A DNA stretch of 64,000 nt from Paraphysomonas bandaiensis (GCA_965644295.1 CBFFRP010000297.1:310001-374000); one strand, 5' to 3'; shown: positions 52,104 through 64,000, numbered from the stretch's first letter. Notes: generated by a model from the sequence alone, not told the origin. A program made the numbers and translations.

Positions 52104-53415
52104 GATGGTCAGATGATCTTTCATGTCGAAAACTCGTGCATTTATTATTCATTGATAACCTTTGTATATCCACTATGGGTGCTATTCCAGTTTGTCGAGA
52201 GCTTATGTGTACATACTTTTATCACTATAGAGAAATATCCACATAATATTATCATTACATGCTTGTGTTCGTTACACTGACGTGGTATAAGTGCGCTTGG
52301 CATATCATTGACACGATGAACTGCTATGTATGAACTGTTACCTGTTATTCTATATATGATAGGAAATGATAATTTGCTGCGGTAATTATATTTTTTCGAA
52401 ATCAAGAATTGGTACAGTGTATAGAAGTGTACCATTTTAAAATAAATTAATTGTTACGCAGTTTCGCAAGCCTGCAGTACACATAGCGTAAGATGAAGAG
52501 ATGTGCTGTATGCTGTTAATCTGCATCTATATCAAAGTTGACAAACGTATGTTATAAAGTATATGTTTAAGGAGTGTATAAAGTATCGTACTACTGCTTT
52601 AATATACAAGTTTAACCCGTGATAAACAACAAAACATTAAGCGAAGTAAAGTGCACAACTCCAAATATAGAGTTAATCTATTTCTGTGAAGAGTGCCATA
52701 GATTTTGATTCATTACACATTACATGACATATAACTCTATTACTTGTATACTTTTATAGCAGTCTATATTAGGAAACTCTATCTGAATCTTAGTGAAACG
52801 AGGAATACAAAATTATGAATACCTTCGATTATACTGGACGAAATATATTACACAAGGAAACAACTACAGACTTCTCGCTCGCTTTCCTTTTCGATTTCTA
52901 TTTTATGATTTATATTCCAGGGTGGTGTAGGAAAGAACAGCTTAACTATAGTTGTCGAATAGTGCCATCGCTCTATAAAAAGACCGATGGAACTGAGGGT
53001 TTTTCGTACCTCACCTCACTAGGCTACAGTATCCATAGTAAATATACAGTCAAGAAAATAGCAAGAAGTAACATTAGAAATAAATTATAGCTATAAGTTC
53101 AGCATCCCCACATACAACACACAATTACATCGGCTTGTGTTGTGGGGGATAATGTGGAGGATATTGCAGGCAGAATTGTGGAGACTGCGTTGGGGGCGTC
53201 ATCAAGTGATGTTGTTGATGCTGCATACTGTTCTCGAAATAAAAACCTCACACGTCTGAACCTGCATCTCAGCCTCATTCCAACGTGAGGTACGTCCACC
53301 TTGATTAAGTAGAGCTTGTGCTTGCATATACTGCAAAGGAGAGCAGGGTATGGCCCGATTGTCGATTGTCATGTGCTGGGCCGCTGGTTGCACATGGTCT
53401 GAAGGTAGCATAATA

Positions 53416-53931
53416 TTATATATATTCCTTCCCAGATTCGAAATTCCTAGTTAAGTGAATGACCTTGTTAGTGCTTGTATTATATAACGAGCACCGAGGA
53501 AAAATAGTTGAAGAGTGGAGAAATGGATACCATGACCTCGAGGTTTTAACAAAAAGTCTCTGTGGTACCATGAACTTCTTCCGAATGTAACAGTGGCTCC
53601 TCCCGGAGTACTCGATGGAGAAGGAAGATTCAGAGGTCATAATATAATCATTCAACAACTTAAATCCCCTGTTGGTTGTTGGTCTCACTCCCTCTTTGTG
53701 TCTGCTTTCTTGTTTATATAGTTGTTGATTAATGACAAGTCGCCTGTGTGAAATTACGATCATTGGTTTGATTTCATTCATTACACGACTCACCACCTTC
53801 TGCTGTTTCAGTTTAGCATCATCAAATTCATCAAGGAATGCAGCAGCTGCATCCATAGCACGCTGGGAGCACATCGAGGAGCTTACCCCTCTATCTGATG
53901 ACAGAAACGTTTTGTTGTATAAGAAGTGCAA
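53416..53931 (-). mobile_element. Probable PIF/Harbinger-type transposase N-terminal remnant
   Basis: RGFKLLNDY...YIRKKFMVPQRLF resembles the DYF..FRRRFRM..LF N-terminus of that family; no catalytic core seen. Confidence 0.4.
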
Positions 53932-54684
53932 CAGACAGATCCCGCCGGCTCTTCTTGAGAGCCACCACTGAAGTTACTACATATATCTAGAGTGTTGGAA
54001 TATGAATCCAAGTCATCCATTACTTTAATATATATGCTGTATATATGCGTCTATATATGTCTATATTTATGTTATGTTATCATAATATCACTGTGAGGAG
54101 TGGATTTGTGATAAAACATCAACTCAACTCAAAAAACTGCATGATGAAAGAAATTCCAGCCATATTCCTTGCTGTGTGAGCTGTGGATATGTTCGCAACA
54201 GGTATATAGAGTTTCAGTGCTCTCCACTCTCTGCTTATCGTGATATTGTTACCAACAGAACACAGCAATGGTGGCTAGTTTGGTGGTAGTGTGCTTCGCG
54301 TAAACAGGTAACAGCATCAGCTAACTAGTTTGACGGAAGTGTATATTGTTATTTGTGTATTGTGTATATATAATATATATAATATTGATTAAAATAATAT
54401 TATTTAATCACAATAATAACATCTTCATTTTTTTGTTGTGGTAGCTGAAATGTCTTCTGAAAACAGCCCACCAGTCATGCTGTTGCGTCATATGTGTCAT
54501 ATTTTATGTTGTTGCGCTTGTGAGGGGTGTACTATATTTATCGTGCGTTGAATGATACATTCTTGGACGAAACGCAGGACATTATGATTGATTGTATGAA
54601 AGAGGTGACAAAAAGAAGAATGCATAGCAGCGGAAGCAGTAATTTCTTGATAAGTGCCGATCGTTTGAGTGTCGCGTAGAATTG

Positions 54685-55372
54685 TGAGGGAGTGTTGAGT
54701 TTTGCTGTTGGAGCAATTAAAACAGCTGTAATTCTAAGGTATTGGAATTATGACTGCTAGTCGAAGAATGCAGTACTGGGAAACTGCATTGTGATAACTA
54801 ACAACATGATAGCTACTGTAGTAATGAATGTCAAAGTTTGACATTATATGAGAAGAATTAACTTAACAACAGAAGGTAACTTATACTCAATGCTGAGAAT
54901 TATAAATTAATACCTCTTATCATTCATCAATATCATGTTGCCTCTACTACCACTCATTTCTCGTACGACGATCTTACGTCGTCACTACAACTTGCATCGT
55001 CACTATATTCCGTTTTACCGCTATATACTTATCGTCATTCATTCTCACAATACGATTAACAAGACTACAACTGTATACTACAGTAATTTAAATACCTTAT
55101 AACTACAGCTTTCAATTGCTCTCATATAGCAGAAATCAACAATGAAACTGAATATAATATATCAGGGCTAGGAAACAATATCTTGAATTGCAATACATTG
55201 TACAATATATTAATCATACAAGATAGTGATGATGTAAGATCGTACGAGAAATGATTTGTCGTAGAGATAACATGAAATTGATGAATGAGTAGAGATATTG
55301 ATTATAATATTTATAACAAGATTAATGAGTGAATACACGTTCAGTTAACTTAGTAAATCATCCAATTGTGTC
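54685..55372. repeat. Cluster of copies of the 20205-20500 repeat family plus a hAT-B end at 55163
   Basis: Direct and inverted matches to 20205-20500; CAGGGCTAGGAAACAATAT..TTGCAATACATTGTACAATATATT matches 41174-41225. Confidence 0.7.
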
Positions 55373-55678
55373 ATAAATTGACATTCTGAATTCTGAAGCT
55401 CGGAAATCATGGGAAAATATATTTAAAATGTTCGTGCGACACGTTGTGTGGTTTGCATACGCCAAATATTGTTATCACTAGGTTGGTCAAGTAATAGATT
55501 TAAAAAATATAGAAAATCTACGTACGTAGAGTTCGCACTCCCGAACAGTTTCGGTATAAAGAAAAGAAAGAAGTTACTTCAAGGTTAAATCATATTACAA
55601 AGCTTAATACTTTTAAAGCTTGCCCATTATTTCCAAACAAGACTCTTCTGCTAAAGAAGACACATTGGTTGTCTCGAT

Positions 55679-56124
55679 TTAAAGGCTCTTCCACTCTTTC
55701 TCCTCCACCAGTTGTCCAAGCGCTTCACGACCATGGTTCGCATTGTGTGATCGCAAATATTTATCCAACTCGTCAGCGGTATAAAAGCCGAACCTTTTTA
55801 CTTCAGCATCATTAGGACGTAATCCCCTCAACCGATTAGCGTATTCGTGGTGCAAGTATCCCCAACTAAAAAAAATTAAAGGAAGTACTCTACGAAATGT
55901 TCTCAAGCGGATAAAATTCTGTCTGGCTATGGATAACAAATAATTAGAAAAATTAAGCATAATGGATCGCCAATTATACCATGAAAAAAGGAAACTGTCC
56001 AGAATGTTGCGCTCACTCCAGCCATAACCAGGATATCTTTGAAAGTCCAGCAACTTCGTATCATTATTCCGCTAGGGTATGGGTGCACCACAGGGTACTT
56101 AGGATACCAAGGTTTAATAAACAT
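55679..56124 (-). CDS. Complex I 20.9-kDa subunit (NUXM)-like, 2 exons
   Basis: PKYPVVHPYP..KDILVMAG TM segment; 53-nt intron 55927-55979; C-terminal NRLRGLRPNDAEV motif. Confidence 0.7.
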
Positions 56125-57089
56125 CCTTTAAAAACAATGACGATAAGTCGGTATATATAATTATATATGGACAATACAATCCGATAGACTTATTTATGAG
56201 TGCACTCGACATCAAATACGCCACAACTCTGTGGTATATAATATTGTGATTATAACATTACGGTTGCTGTGTGTGATGCTAAAAAAAGCATAACACGAAC
56301 CAACACTCCTGGTTAAACAGGGTCATAATAAGATATATACCGGTATACTACTGCGTATTCTGTGGTCTTATCATCCACTACGAGATGTTGTAAATAGCGT
56401 TGGAAAACTAAAATTTCACCAACTTCCAGTCAAAATTTTTACAGCATATATATATGTTTTTTGAAGCTTACGTTATACTCCATTCAACCGTGTATGTAGT
56501 TTTTAGTAATAATTAATAGTTTTGGCGATAATTGAGTTTCTAGTTTTTTTGGTTTTTTTTTTCAAAAACCAGGGATTTTTATAACATCTAATAAAACCCT
56601 TAAATAGTACTATTTTTAAAAAAAAAATTATATCAATCGCTAGTAATTATCTTATTCTATACGTATACAACTTAGTACTATTGTATTGCAAGCCTATTTA
56701 TTTTAAGTTTTGAAAAAAGTGCTATTTTGGCCTATTTGTAATGACAAACAGTGGTCACTAGTAACTTCAAGCATCTAAGTTGATTAAAAATACCTACCTA
56801 CTACGAATCGTAGCCACCGTCAGAATATACACAGTATATTATAGAATTCCTACGTAGGGTAAAATTGTAAAGGAAAAAAATAAAATATTATATTGTGAGG
56901 GAGAGCGGGTGTGAAAAAAACTTTTTTTTCTCTCTTCTTCAATCTTCTTTGATCGCGATTACAAAACTTGCTCACCTACATTAAACAGTACCATAAACCC
57001 ACAATTACCATGATAAGCACTGCAAATCAAGGTGATTTCTTCTACAATGTGTTGAAGCAACCTTCTCTCACATGTTTGTCATTCGCAGC

Positions 57090-58775
57090 ATGTCATCAGA
57101 CAGCCAAAACTCTGAAATAGAAGAAGGTCTGTGGGTGCGAGTAAAAATTGTCGCTTTGACTAAATTTCGAGAGGAAGCACAGGCATTCTCTGTAAATCGG
57201 TCCGAGTTAACTTCTTCGACAGACCAATTAACGATTTGGGTGAGAATTACTGCAATTACTGCTAAAGATGTTTTAATATAACATTTTTTTTAGATTCCAG
57301 GAGGTAATCTTTTTGAAGACGATAGTAATATCTGGCGTGTCAAAGGTCATGCATTCTTGCATGCACTCGTTGAGGGCGTAGCGAGGCAAGCGTATAATCA
57401 AAAGTTATTGCCACCACTATCAGACTTCAACGACCAACTCAGGATAGACTTCAGCAGAGGTATTACTGTTCGAACTGCAACAAGTTCTGGTATCATTGGT
57501 AATTTCCACATGATCCCTCCCGATGGAGAATTGGACATACCGTTACTTCCCACTAGACGCCAGACAGATCACGATAGGAAGTGTTGTCGGGAAAACGCTT
57601 CCCACTATGTGGTGATTGCTGGTGTCCCGTTCCAAAATTGCCCAGACGATGTGATACTACAGAGACAGCTCAGCTTTGTTGATTCTTCCCTTGCGCTTGT
57701 TAAACATAAACAGAATGATCTTCCCCTCTGTAAATACATGCACTCAAAATATTTCAAAGTTGGCCTGAATCATCGTCCAGGAAATGATATGAACACGTAC
57801 TGGTCACCGGCAATGAAAGAAGCCATGACCGAGTGCAGTGAAGAGGGTCAAAGACTCTTCGAGCTTAATCCTCCAAAAAGTATGCAAAGTGGTATCCGTA
57901 AGCAGAGAGGATTTGGTCACGGTGGTCAATCAGGTCTTAAGCTTTCAACCGCCAGTGAACATGATGCGGCGGACACATCGAGTCATTTGGAAGCACAAAG
58001 GAATCGCTTGCATATCGAGCGATGTCGTGCCAAAGCTTGGAGCAAGAAAGATTTGATTTCTGATAGCAAATTGAAAGATCTACTCGAGCTTCCCGAGGGC
58101 AAGAAAGTAAAGAGCTACTCGCAGTTAAGAACATACTTATGTGAATACTTTAGTACCCTAGAAGGTGAAGAACGTGCAGCTGAAGACCCGTTGGAGTATG
58201 ACCCGACACTCGATACATGGGTTCTCAAGTTGGATTGGATGGGTCAAGGCTTCCCAAAATATAGTGACCTCAAGGGGGGTAATAAGCCAATACCTGCAGC
58301 CCGTGAAAATATCATATTCTCGTCGGTTCGAATAGGACCACACCCGCCACCACCACCGCCCCCTGCTCTACCAGCTCCTCCAGGTGTTCCAGCACAAGGT
58401 TGGCCTATCCCAATTGGTGTTCCCCCTGCTGGAAGTAGTGGCCCTTCTTTTGGTGTCCCTTTTCCCCTTCCACCAGACTGTGGACCATCGCCCTACGGGG
58501 TATACCCCCCTCCTATTTATCCAACTGGGGGTTTTCCTTTTCAGCAGCAGCTTCCTCCGTATTACCCACAGGGATCTGCTCCTCGGCATTATCCGCATCA
58601 CATGCTGTATGGCTACCCGCCAGAATATTACCACGGCCACAGGGATTTTGATTATGCATCGCGTTATCGCCAACAGCGATTTGCCTGGGGAGAAGGAATG
58701 CGAAAGGATGAGAGGGGTGAGTGGATAGCATATGAGGCCGAGTATGAAATTCCTTATCCTGCCGACCCTTACTAA
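57090..58775 (+). CDS. Transposon-borne orphan protein (~544 aa, Pro/Tyr-rich C-terminus), 2 exons
   Basis: ATG overlaps the last TIR base; 54-nt GT-AG intron 57240-57293 joins LTIW-IPGG in frame with ORF 57357-58775; no stops. Confidence 0.8.
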
Positions 58776-59129
58776 ATAGAACAGATTGCAGTCAATCGTT
58801 ATCTGCCGGGTCTCATTTATTATTTATTTCGAATCTTGGTAATTTTTGGATGAATTTAACACATACGCTCCGATGCATCGAAATTTAGGTTTAGACTCAC
58901 TAACCGATTTTCTTTTTTCTTCTTAGTATGCAACTGTATGAACTGATATTTTAAATTCTCCACAAACTTTTCAAAATTTTGTTTTTTTGATTTATTAATA
59001 TTACTTGAATCTATTGCGTATAATTAATCATATTCTATCACGAAGTAGTAGCAAGCATATCACATTCAATCATCAGTACATCTATATTAGTAACTAGTGA
59101 GTAGAGTATAGAGTATAATCTGCAAATGA

Positions 59130-60160
59130 TCAATAGTTACAGGCTTCGCACTGTTCTTTCCAAGTAACGGTAATATCCACTCGATTGAATAAATTGCACG
59201 CAGTTTCGGCAGTACAGCATGACCACAAAGCTTCATGTAGTTGAGCTGCAAGTGGTTTATATGCGTACATAATTCCCCACTTCTTTCTAATGTGCGCTTT
59301 GGCAAGATGAAATACGGGTTCAATTGGTGAAAAATCATAAGAATAAGGGGGAGAAACACAACCATCACGCCGAATTCTGCACACATATTATAAATATCTA
59401 TCTTCACGTGCGTCGAAGCATTATCCATGAGCAGCACACTGCGATCCCCAGGAAAAGGGTTCATGTGGGGAAAGATGTCATGTTCTAGGGCATCTAGAAA
59501 TGTATTATGATCAACATTTTCTTCGTGTACAGTAACAGCAAAAACTCCTTCGATAGACATTGCAGCAATGGCACAACAACTAACTTGGGGATTGAAGTGG
59601 CCTATAACATCACCACTCACGAAGGCAGGGTAGCCATGTGGTGAACGCCCATATCGGCGTAGAACTTCTGCCGGCTTGAGATGTGATTCGTCCACAACAG
59701 CATAGCAGCGAGCTGGAATTTCATCCAATGATCGGGCCAAATTATTCTTATAGTAACGCCTCAAGCCCTCATTTCTGTTGTGGGAAATTCTTTGACAAAC
59801 TTTTACGGTATAGCCCTCAGTGTTCATGGCATGCTTCATTTGGTGCTCCAAGTACGCCACGCCGTACACATTAAAAACCTTTTCGCATAATTCTTCGTTG
59901 GAATAAGTTGAATTTTCTGCCAGCAACTCTTTAACAAAATTGATATGCTCGAGTGAAATGACAGTGTGGTGCGAATGGTGTGAAGACTCTGGTTTAACTG
60001 ATCCAGTGTCCAGATATTTGTCCAACCACCTTCTAACTGTGCTTTGGGACACATCGTATTTCTCGTATATATGATCTAGTGATGCGGCCACAGAATTTGT
60101 GATTTCCAGAGAGTGATCAAACACATCCAAAATTAAAAGACGGAAAGCCTCGGAATACAT
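59130..60160 (-). CDS. Tc1-like DD34E transposase with a single -1 frameshift before the catalytic Glu
   Basis: HTH (VSQSTVRRWL), VVDESH, LLMDNASTH, then FLP/PYSYDFSPIEPVF in the next frame; corrected D-to-E spacing is 34 aa; one C missing in the run at ~59347-59351. Confidence 0.9.
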
Positions 60161-60599
60161 GTAAATATGGTGCTGCGAATGACAAACATGTGAGAGAAGG
60201 TTGCTTCAACACATTGTAGAAGAAATCACCTTGATTTGCAGTGCTTATCATGGTAATTGTGGGTTTATGGTACTGTTTAATGTAGGTGAGCAAGTTTTGT
60301 AATCGCGATCAAAGAAGATTGAAGAAGAGAGAAAAAAAAGTTTTTTTCACACCCGCTCTCCCTCACAATAGTGAGACCTACGACTAGAAAACTCGAACTT
60401 ACAGTATTATGAAAATGATATTGTACCGTTCATCCTGTTATTTAAGGTCACAGTGAAGTAAGTATAATACGATACAGTGTGCTGTGTTTTATTAATGGCA
60501 TTATATATCCAGCAATATATAAGTGGAGCCTCTGATGTATAGTCCGTATGATTCTGAGGCATGAGTGTATACCTACAGTGAAGAAGATTGTGTTTACGC

Positions 60600-61950
60600 T
60601 GAGAGTACAAGCTGTATCAGGACAGCAGAGGGCGCAGGGAGGTTACCACGCTGTTTAGCATGCACCGTACTGTATTACTTTCATGGGTGAGCGCCGCATC
60701 TACTATACACGACGAGCCCTGGGACTAATGGAATCATGGTCTTATATTTTCGGTGTAACTGATTGAGTGTAACAGAATAGATGCTTGCTACCATGGTTTG
60801 GTCACAGTAAAGCTCCACCTTAGCATTTGAGGCAGTACCTTCAAGGTCTTTTGTCGCATGGTCGTAGCCTCGACTTTATCGCTCTTTTTCCAATGTTAGT
60901 TACAGGAACACGTAGCAGCGCTCAGTAACTAGCAGCTTTTCACAGGTTTGAAATGCTATCATCATATTCTACACAGATATTCATAGAAGAGCTTGCAAAA
61001 AAGAGACATGGCGACCACAGAGTCTGCAGCGAAATACCATTAAATGGCATTCTCTGCTATTCCACTGTGATTATTATGGACAATTAGCTGTTAGAGTGTG
61101 TGCGGCAACAGCTCGTTTTGTATGTATACGTGGCTTCTATAAGTCTTGAGAAACTGTTCGTTGCTAATGGTCGCAAGTCTGTGGGAACAATTTTTCATCA
61201 GGTTGATGGTGGATCAGGAAATGTCAATGTATTGTAATTGGTGGTGTGCTTTACGGTAGTGTTATATTGTGGAATTTTTGTGAAAACGATGTCTTGACTC
61301 GGTTATTTCCCATACCCACGAGAATATAGACGGACTCTTTTCCCTTATATGATGGTACTATCTCAAGGACAAACACTGTCTCAGTCCAGAAGAGTTCGAA
61401 GGTGTTTTCAAATTCGCATTGCAGTACGAGGACAAACTTGAAGTGAAGTATATACTTGTGGTCCCGGACTTTTCGGGTTAGTTTCGGCGGGTTAGTTGAC
61501 TCAAAGGTTAAATGTTTCGCAAAAGAGGAATGGACTCAGCTGCAGTTCATTTTCAAAGAGTGGAGCCCTCGGAGAGGTATGAGCGTGGTGTGAAAGCTAC
61601 TTGTCGGCCGTATAGAAAAGACGAAGTGGTATGATTGTGAATGACCCTGACTAGGATTCGATCACCGAGTTGATCCCTCAGTTTACCAAGGTCAACATTC
61701 AACCTTTAGATGAAGACCCACCTTTCAACTATTTATTGCGGTTACCACGAGAGGCTGAAGTTTTTAGCCGGAGCCTTTTGTGTCGATGAGTACGCTACAT
61801 GCATCATCTTTCTCAAATTCTCAAACAAGATGATTCAATCCTTCACTGGTAAGAATCCTGCTGCGGTGGAGAGTTGGACGCGGTGGTGCGAGGGACTATA
61901 TACAGCTTGTCATGACGATAGATCCGATGATATGAAGTAGAAAGACTGTG
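60600..61950 (+). mobile_element. Degenerate DNA-transposase remnant (GHTHEDID-type, Sola-like/DUF7869)
   Basis: Frameshifted MGERRIYYTRR, QVDGGSGNVN and SHTHENIDGLFSLI motifs. Confidence 0.55.
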
Positions 61951-62339
61951 GAACCGATGGGAATGCGTCTTAAAAGTTACTGTATCCTCCTCCGGCTCCT
62001 CGAAAGAGAACATCTGGTAAGAAAGGTCCGTATGAAATGATGTATAGTTGTTCCGGATGACTACAAGTGGGTGGATACTGGGGCTGTTTATTCCGCCATT
62101 CACTGTATCCGTCAAAGGCAAGCAATCGAATGTAAATTATAAAATGTGAATTCGCTTGGGACATTTGTACGATTATAAAAAAATATTTCCCATTATTTAA
62201 TATGTTATATATATGACTTCTTACGCATAATATTGTTATAGTTAATAGTTATATATTATGGTAACTATAATGCTTGTATCGCTAATTTTATTTTGAACAA
62301 ATATATATAGCTAATAGCTTATTTGGCCTGTTTTGACCG

Positions 62340-62510
62340 TTTGACCTGGTCATCGCCTCCCTCCGACATATTGCCATCAGAGAACAAGTCGCCACGCACT
62401 CCATTATTGTTGATTACATGCCTACAACGAGATGCTGGCCGACATTCTAGCTAAACCTCAAACATCAAACACTTTCCGCAGATTGGGGGATTCACTTCTG
62501 GGGGGGGGAG
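62340..62510 (+). mobile_element. Ty1/copia RNase H C-terminus and polypurine tract
   Basis: RHIAIREQVATHSIIVDYMPT-EMLADILAKP followed by GGGGGGGGGAG at ~62500. Confidence 0.7.
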
Positions 62511-63149
62511 GCATCAACATACCAACATACCTGCTAGCAATAAAAGAACAAGAGTATCTATCCCACCGGCAGAGAACTCAACCAAAAGACCACGATTAAT
62601 GACTTAGAGATCTACGGAGTTTCCCACGATTATGTTGTATGTTGACATCAGTGTAATCCACAATCTGTGATTGCACTCGTGGGTTTTAACCTCAGTAGAG
62701 CTATCTCCAAATATATACACCTATATTCATAATATATCTATGTACGTCATATGATTATTTCATTGAGGGGAAGTGTTAAGATTCATTGATTCACGTATAT
62801 ACCTCTTTATGCGTGAATATAACACATGTATACAAATAGACTGAATAATTACCAAACTATATAAGATACGCGACTGTACAAGATACGCACATGTGTGTGG
62901 TTCTAACGCTCTGTTCAAACGTGTCTTGCTATTATCAGGGCCAGTCAAAAATATATTGGATTTTCAATATATTGCTATTATTTATTCTTGATTGCTACAA
63001 TATATTGATTATTATTTTAGCAAAATTTGGCTTCGCAATATACTGCAATATATTGATATATTGTGTGTCTTAGAAAATATACTTGATTAATCATAAACGA
63101 CTCTTCATAATCACATAACTCATCTACTATATTTATAACATCGAACGAT

Positions 63150-64000
63150 TATAACCTGTAATAAGTCTAAACAGTAAATAAGCAAGTGCCAGTAAAATGA
63201 TCGCCATATCCGCCCAAACTATAACACTAAACTATCACTGTACAGTATACGGTCCAAACTATTCGGCCATTATCTCTTTCATATTTATTACGTAGTAGTG
63301 AATGTCTGATTATTTAGCAATAGGCGTTGAGACCTTGCATCAATTAGTGGCTAGAAGAATGCTAGTCATACTAGTTAGACCACTACCCGTAACTAATCAA
63401 TACAAACTCTTTTATCCTACTATTTAACGCTACGAAAGCTGCTTGTGCGTCGCCGCAAGCACCAAGGTGCAACCACTTCCGTTCTTTTTGTGTGATATGA
63501 AATTCGCCTTTATGGTGTGTCCGTGGACTCACCGGCGCTATTGATCTGGGGGTCTCCCTTTGGGATGGGTCTCCATTGGTTTTGGAGGGGGCTCAGCGTT
63601 CTGAATTAGGGTCTTGAGTGCACCTAGTTCCAGATGTGTGGGTTGAGGGTGGTGGGGATTGTTGGGAGGAGGGGTAGGGTTTGTAGTCTGTGTTACTGTG
63701 CTCCTGTGGGGCCGCGGGTGTAGATAGAGTTGTCGAAGCCGTCGGCGTTGTGGAGGTCTGGGCAGTCCAGTGCTCTGTCGGGTAGGACCTGTGAGGTGTG
63801 CACGTGTGTCTGGAGTCGGATACGCTGTGGGGGGTCTTCGTTGGACCCCTAGTAGTCGAAGGACTCTCGGACGTTGTCTTGACTGACTGCGTTTCGGACG
63901 GGGTCTCGGGAGTAGCCTGGGCGGCCTTTTGGACATGGTGATATAGCGACAACCGCGATCCTGTAACATAAGCTTCGCTGCAGTGTAAAGCGGTTGCAGG
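63150..64000 (-). mobile_element. Possible LTR-retrotransposon fragment (Pro/Thr-rich linker, LTR end and PBS-like ACAGGTTAT)
   Basis: GC-rich P/T/S-rich ORFs 63538-63969; minus-strand ACAGGTTAT at ~63150-63160; no catalytic motif seen. Confidence 0.35.

Larger units (their letters stand above)
56893..60368. mobile_element. Two-gene Tc1/mariner (IS630-Tc1, DD34E) transposon with 198-bp TIRs and TA TSD
   Basis: 56893-57090 is the exact reverse complement of 60171-60368; TA at 56891-56892 and 60369-60370; transposase on minus strand, second gene on plus strand. Confidence 0.93.

Noticed and set aside
57090-58775. Fanzor/TnpB nuclease as the second gene of the Tc1 element
   Set aside because: No RuvC D-E-D motifs or CxxC zinc finger; the C-terminus is proline-rich low-complexity sequence.
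1-64000. tRNA, rRNA or other structured ncRNA genes; most short antisense ORFs in the track
   Set aside because: No cloverleaf or rRNA signature recognised by eye; the short ORFs overlap real genes on the opposite strand or lie in TE debris.

Overview
Eukaryotic nuclear DNA, most likely from a flagellated stramenopile. This rests on a Sig1/Ocm1-like EGF protein, CFAP58, stramenopile-type hAT transposases and short ~45-60 nt GT-AG introns. A secreted NlpC/P60 enzyme hints at bacterivory, e.g. a chrysophyte (inference only). About 17 host genes are arranged as strictly alternating head-to-head doublets, with islands of transposon debris (hAT, Ty1/copia, non-LTR RNase H, Harbinger-like, Sola-like, MITEs) in the tail-to-tail gaps. 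The most notable feature is a young 3.5-kb Tc1/mariner (DD34E) element at 56893-60368. It has 198-bp identical TIRs that appear to supply the promoter and 5' UTR for two convergent genes, the transposase and an intact, spliced ~544-aa orphan gene, a MuDR-like layout on a Tc1 backbone. Other highlights: a bacterial-type 2xSH3-NlpC/P60 peptidoglycan hydrolase, a Csm1-NDC80 bidirectional kinetochore pair, an ACBP-ankyrin-RGS-IQ protein, a 400-bp retroelement hairpin inside a hAT element, and a spliced CI-B8-family gene missed by the ORF track. All calls come from manual reading and motif recall; no searches were run.
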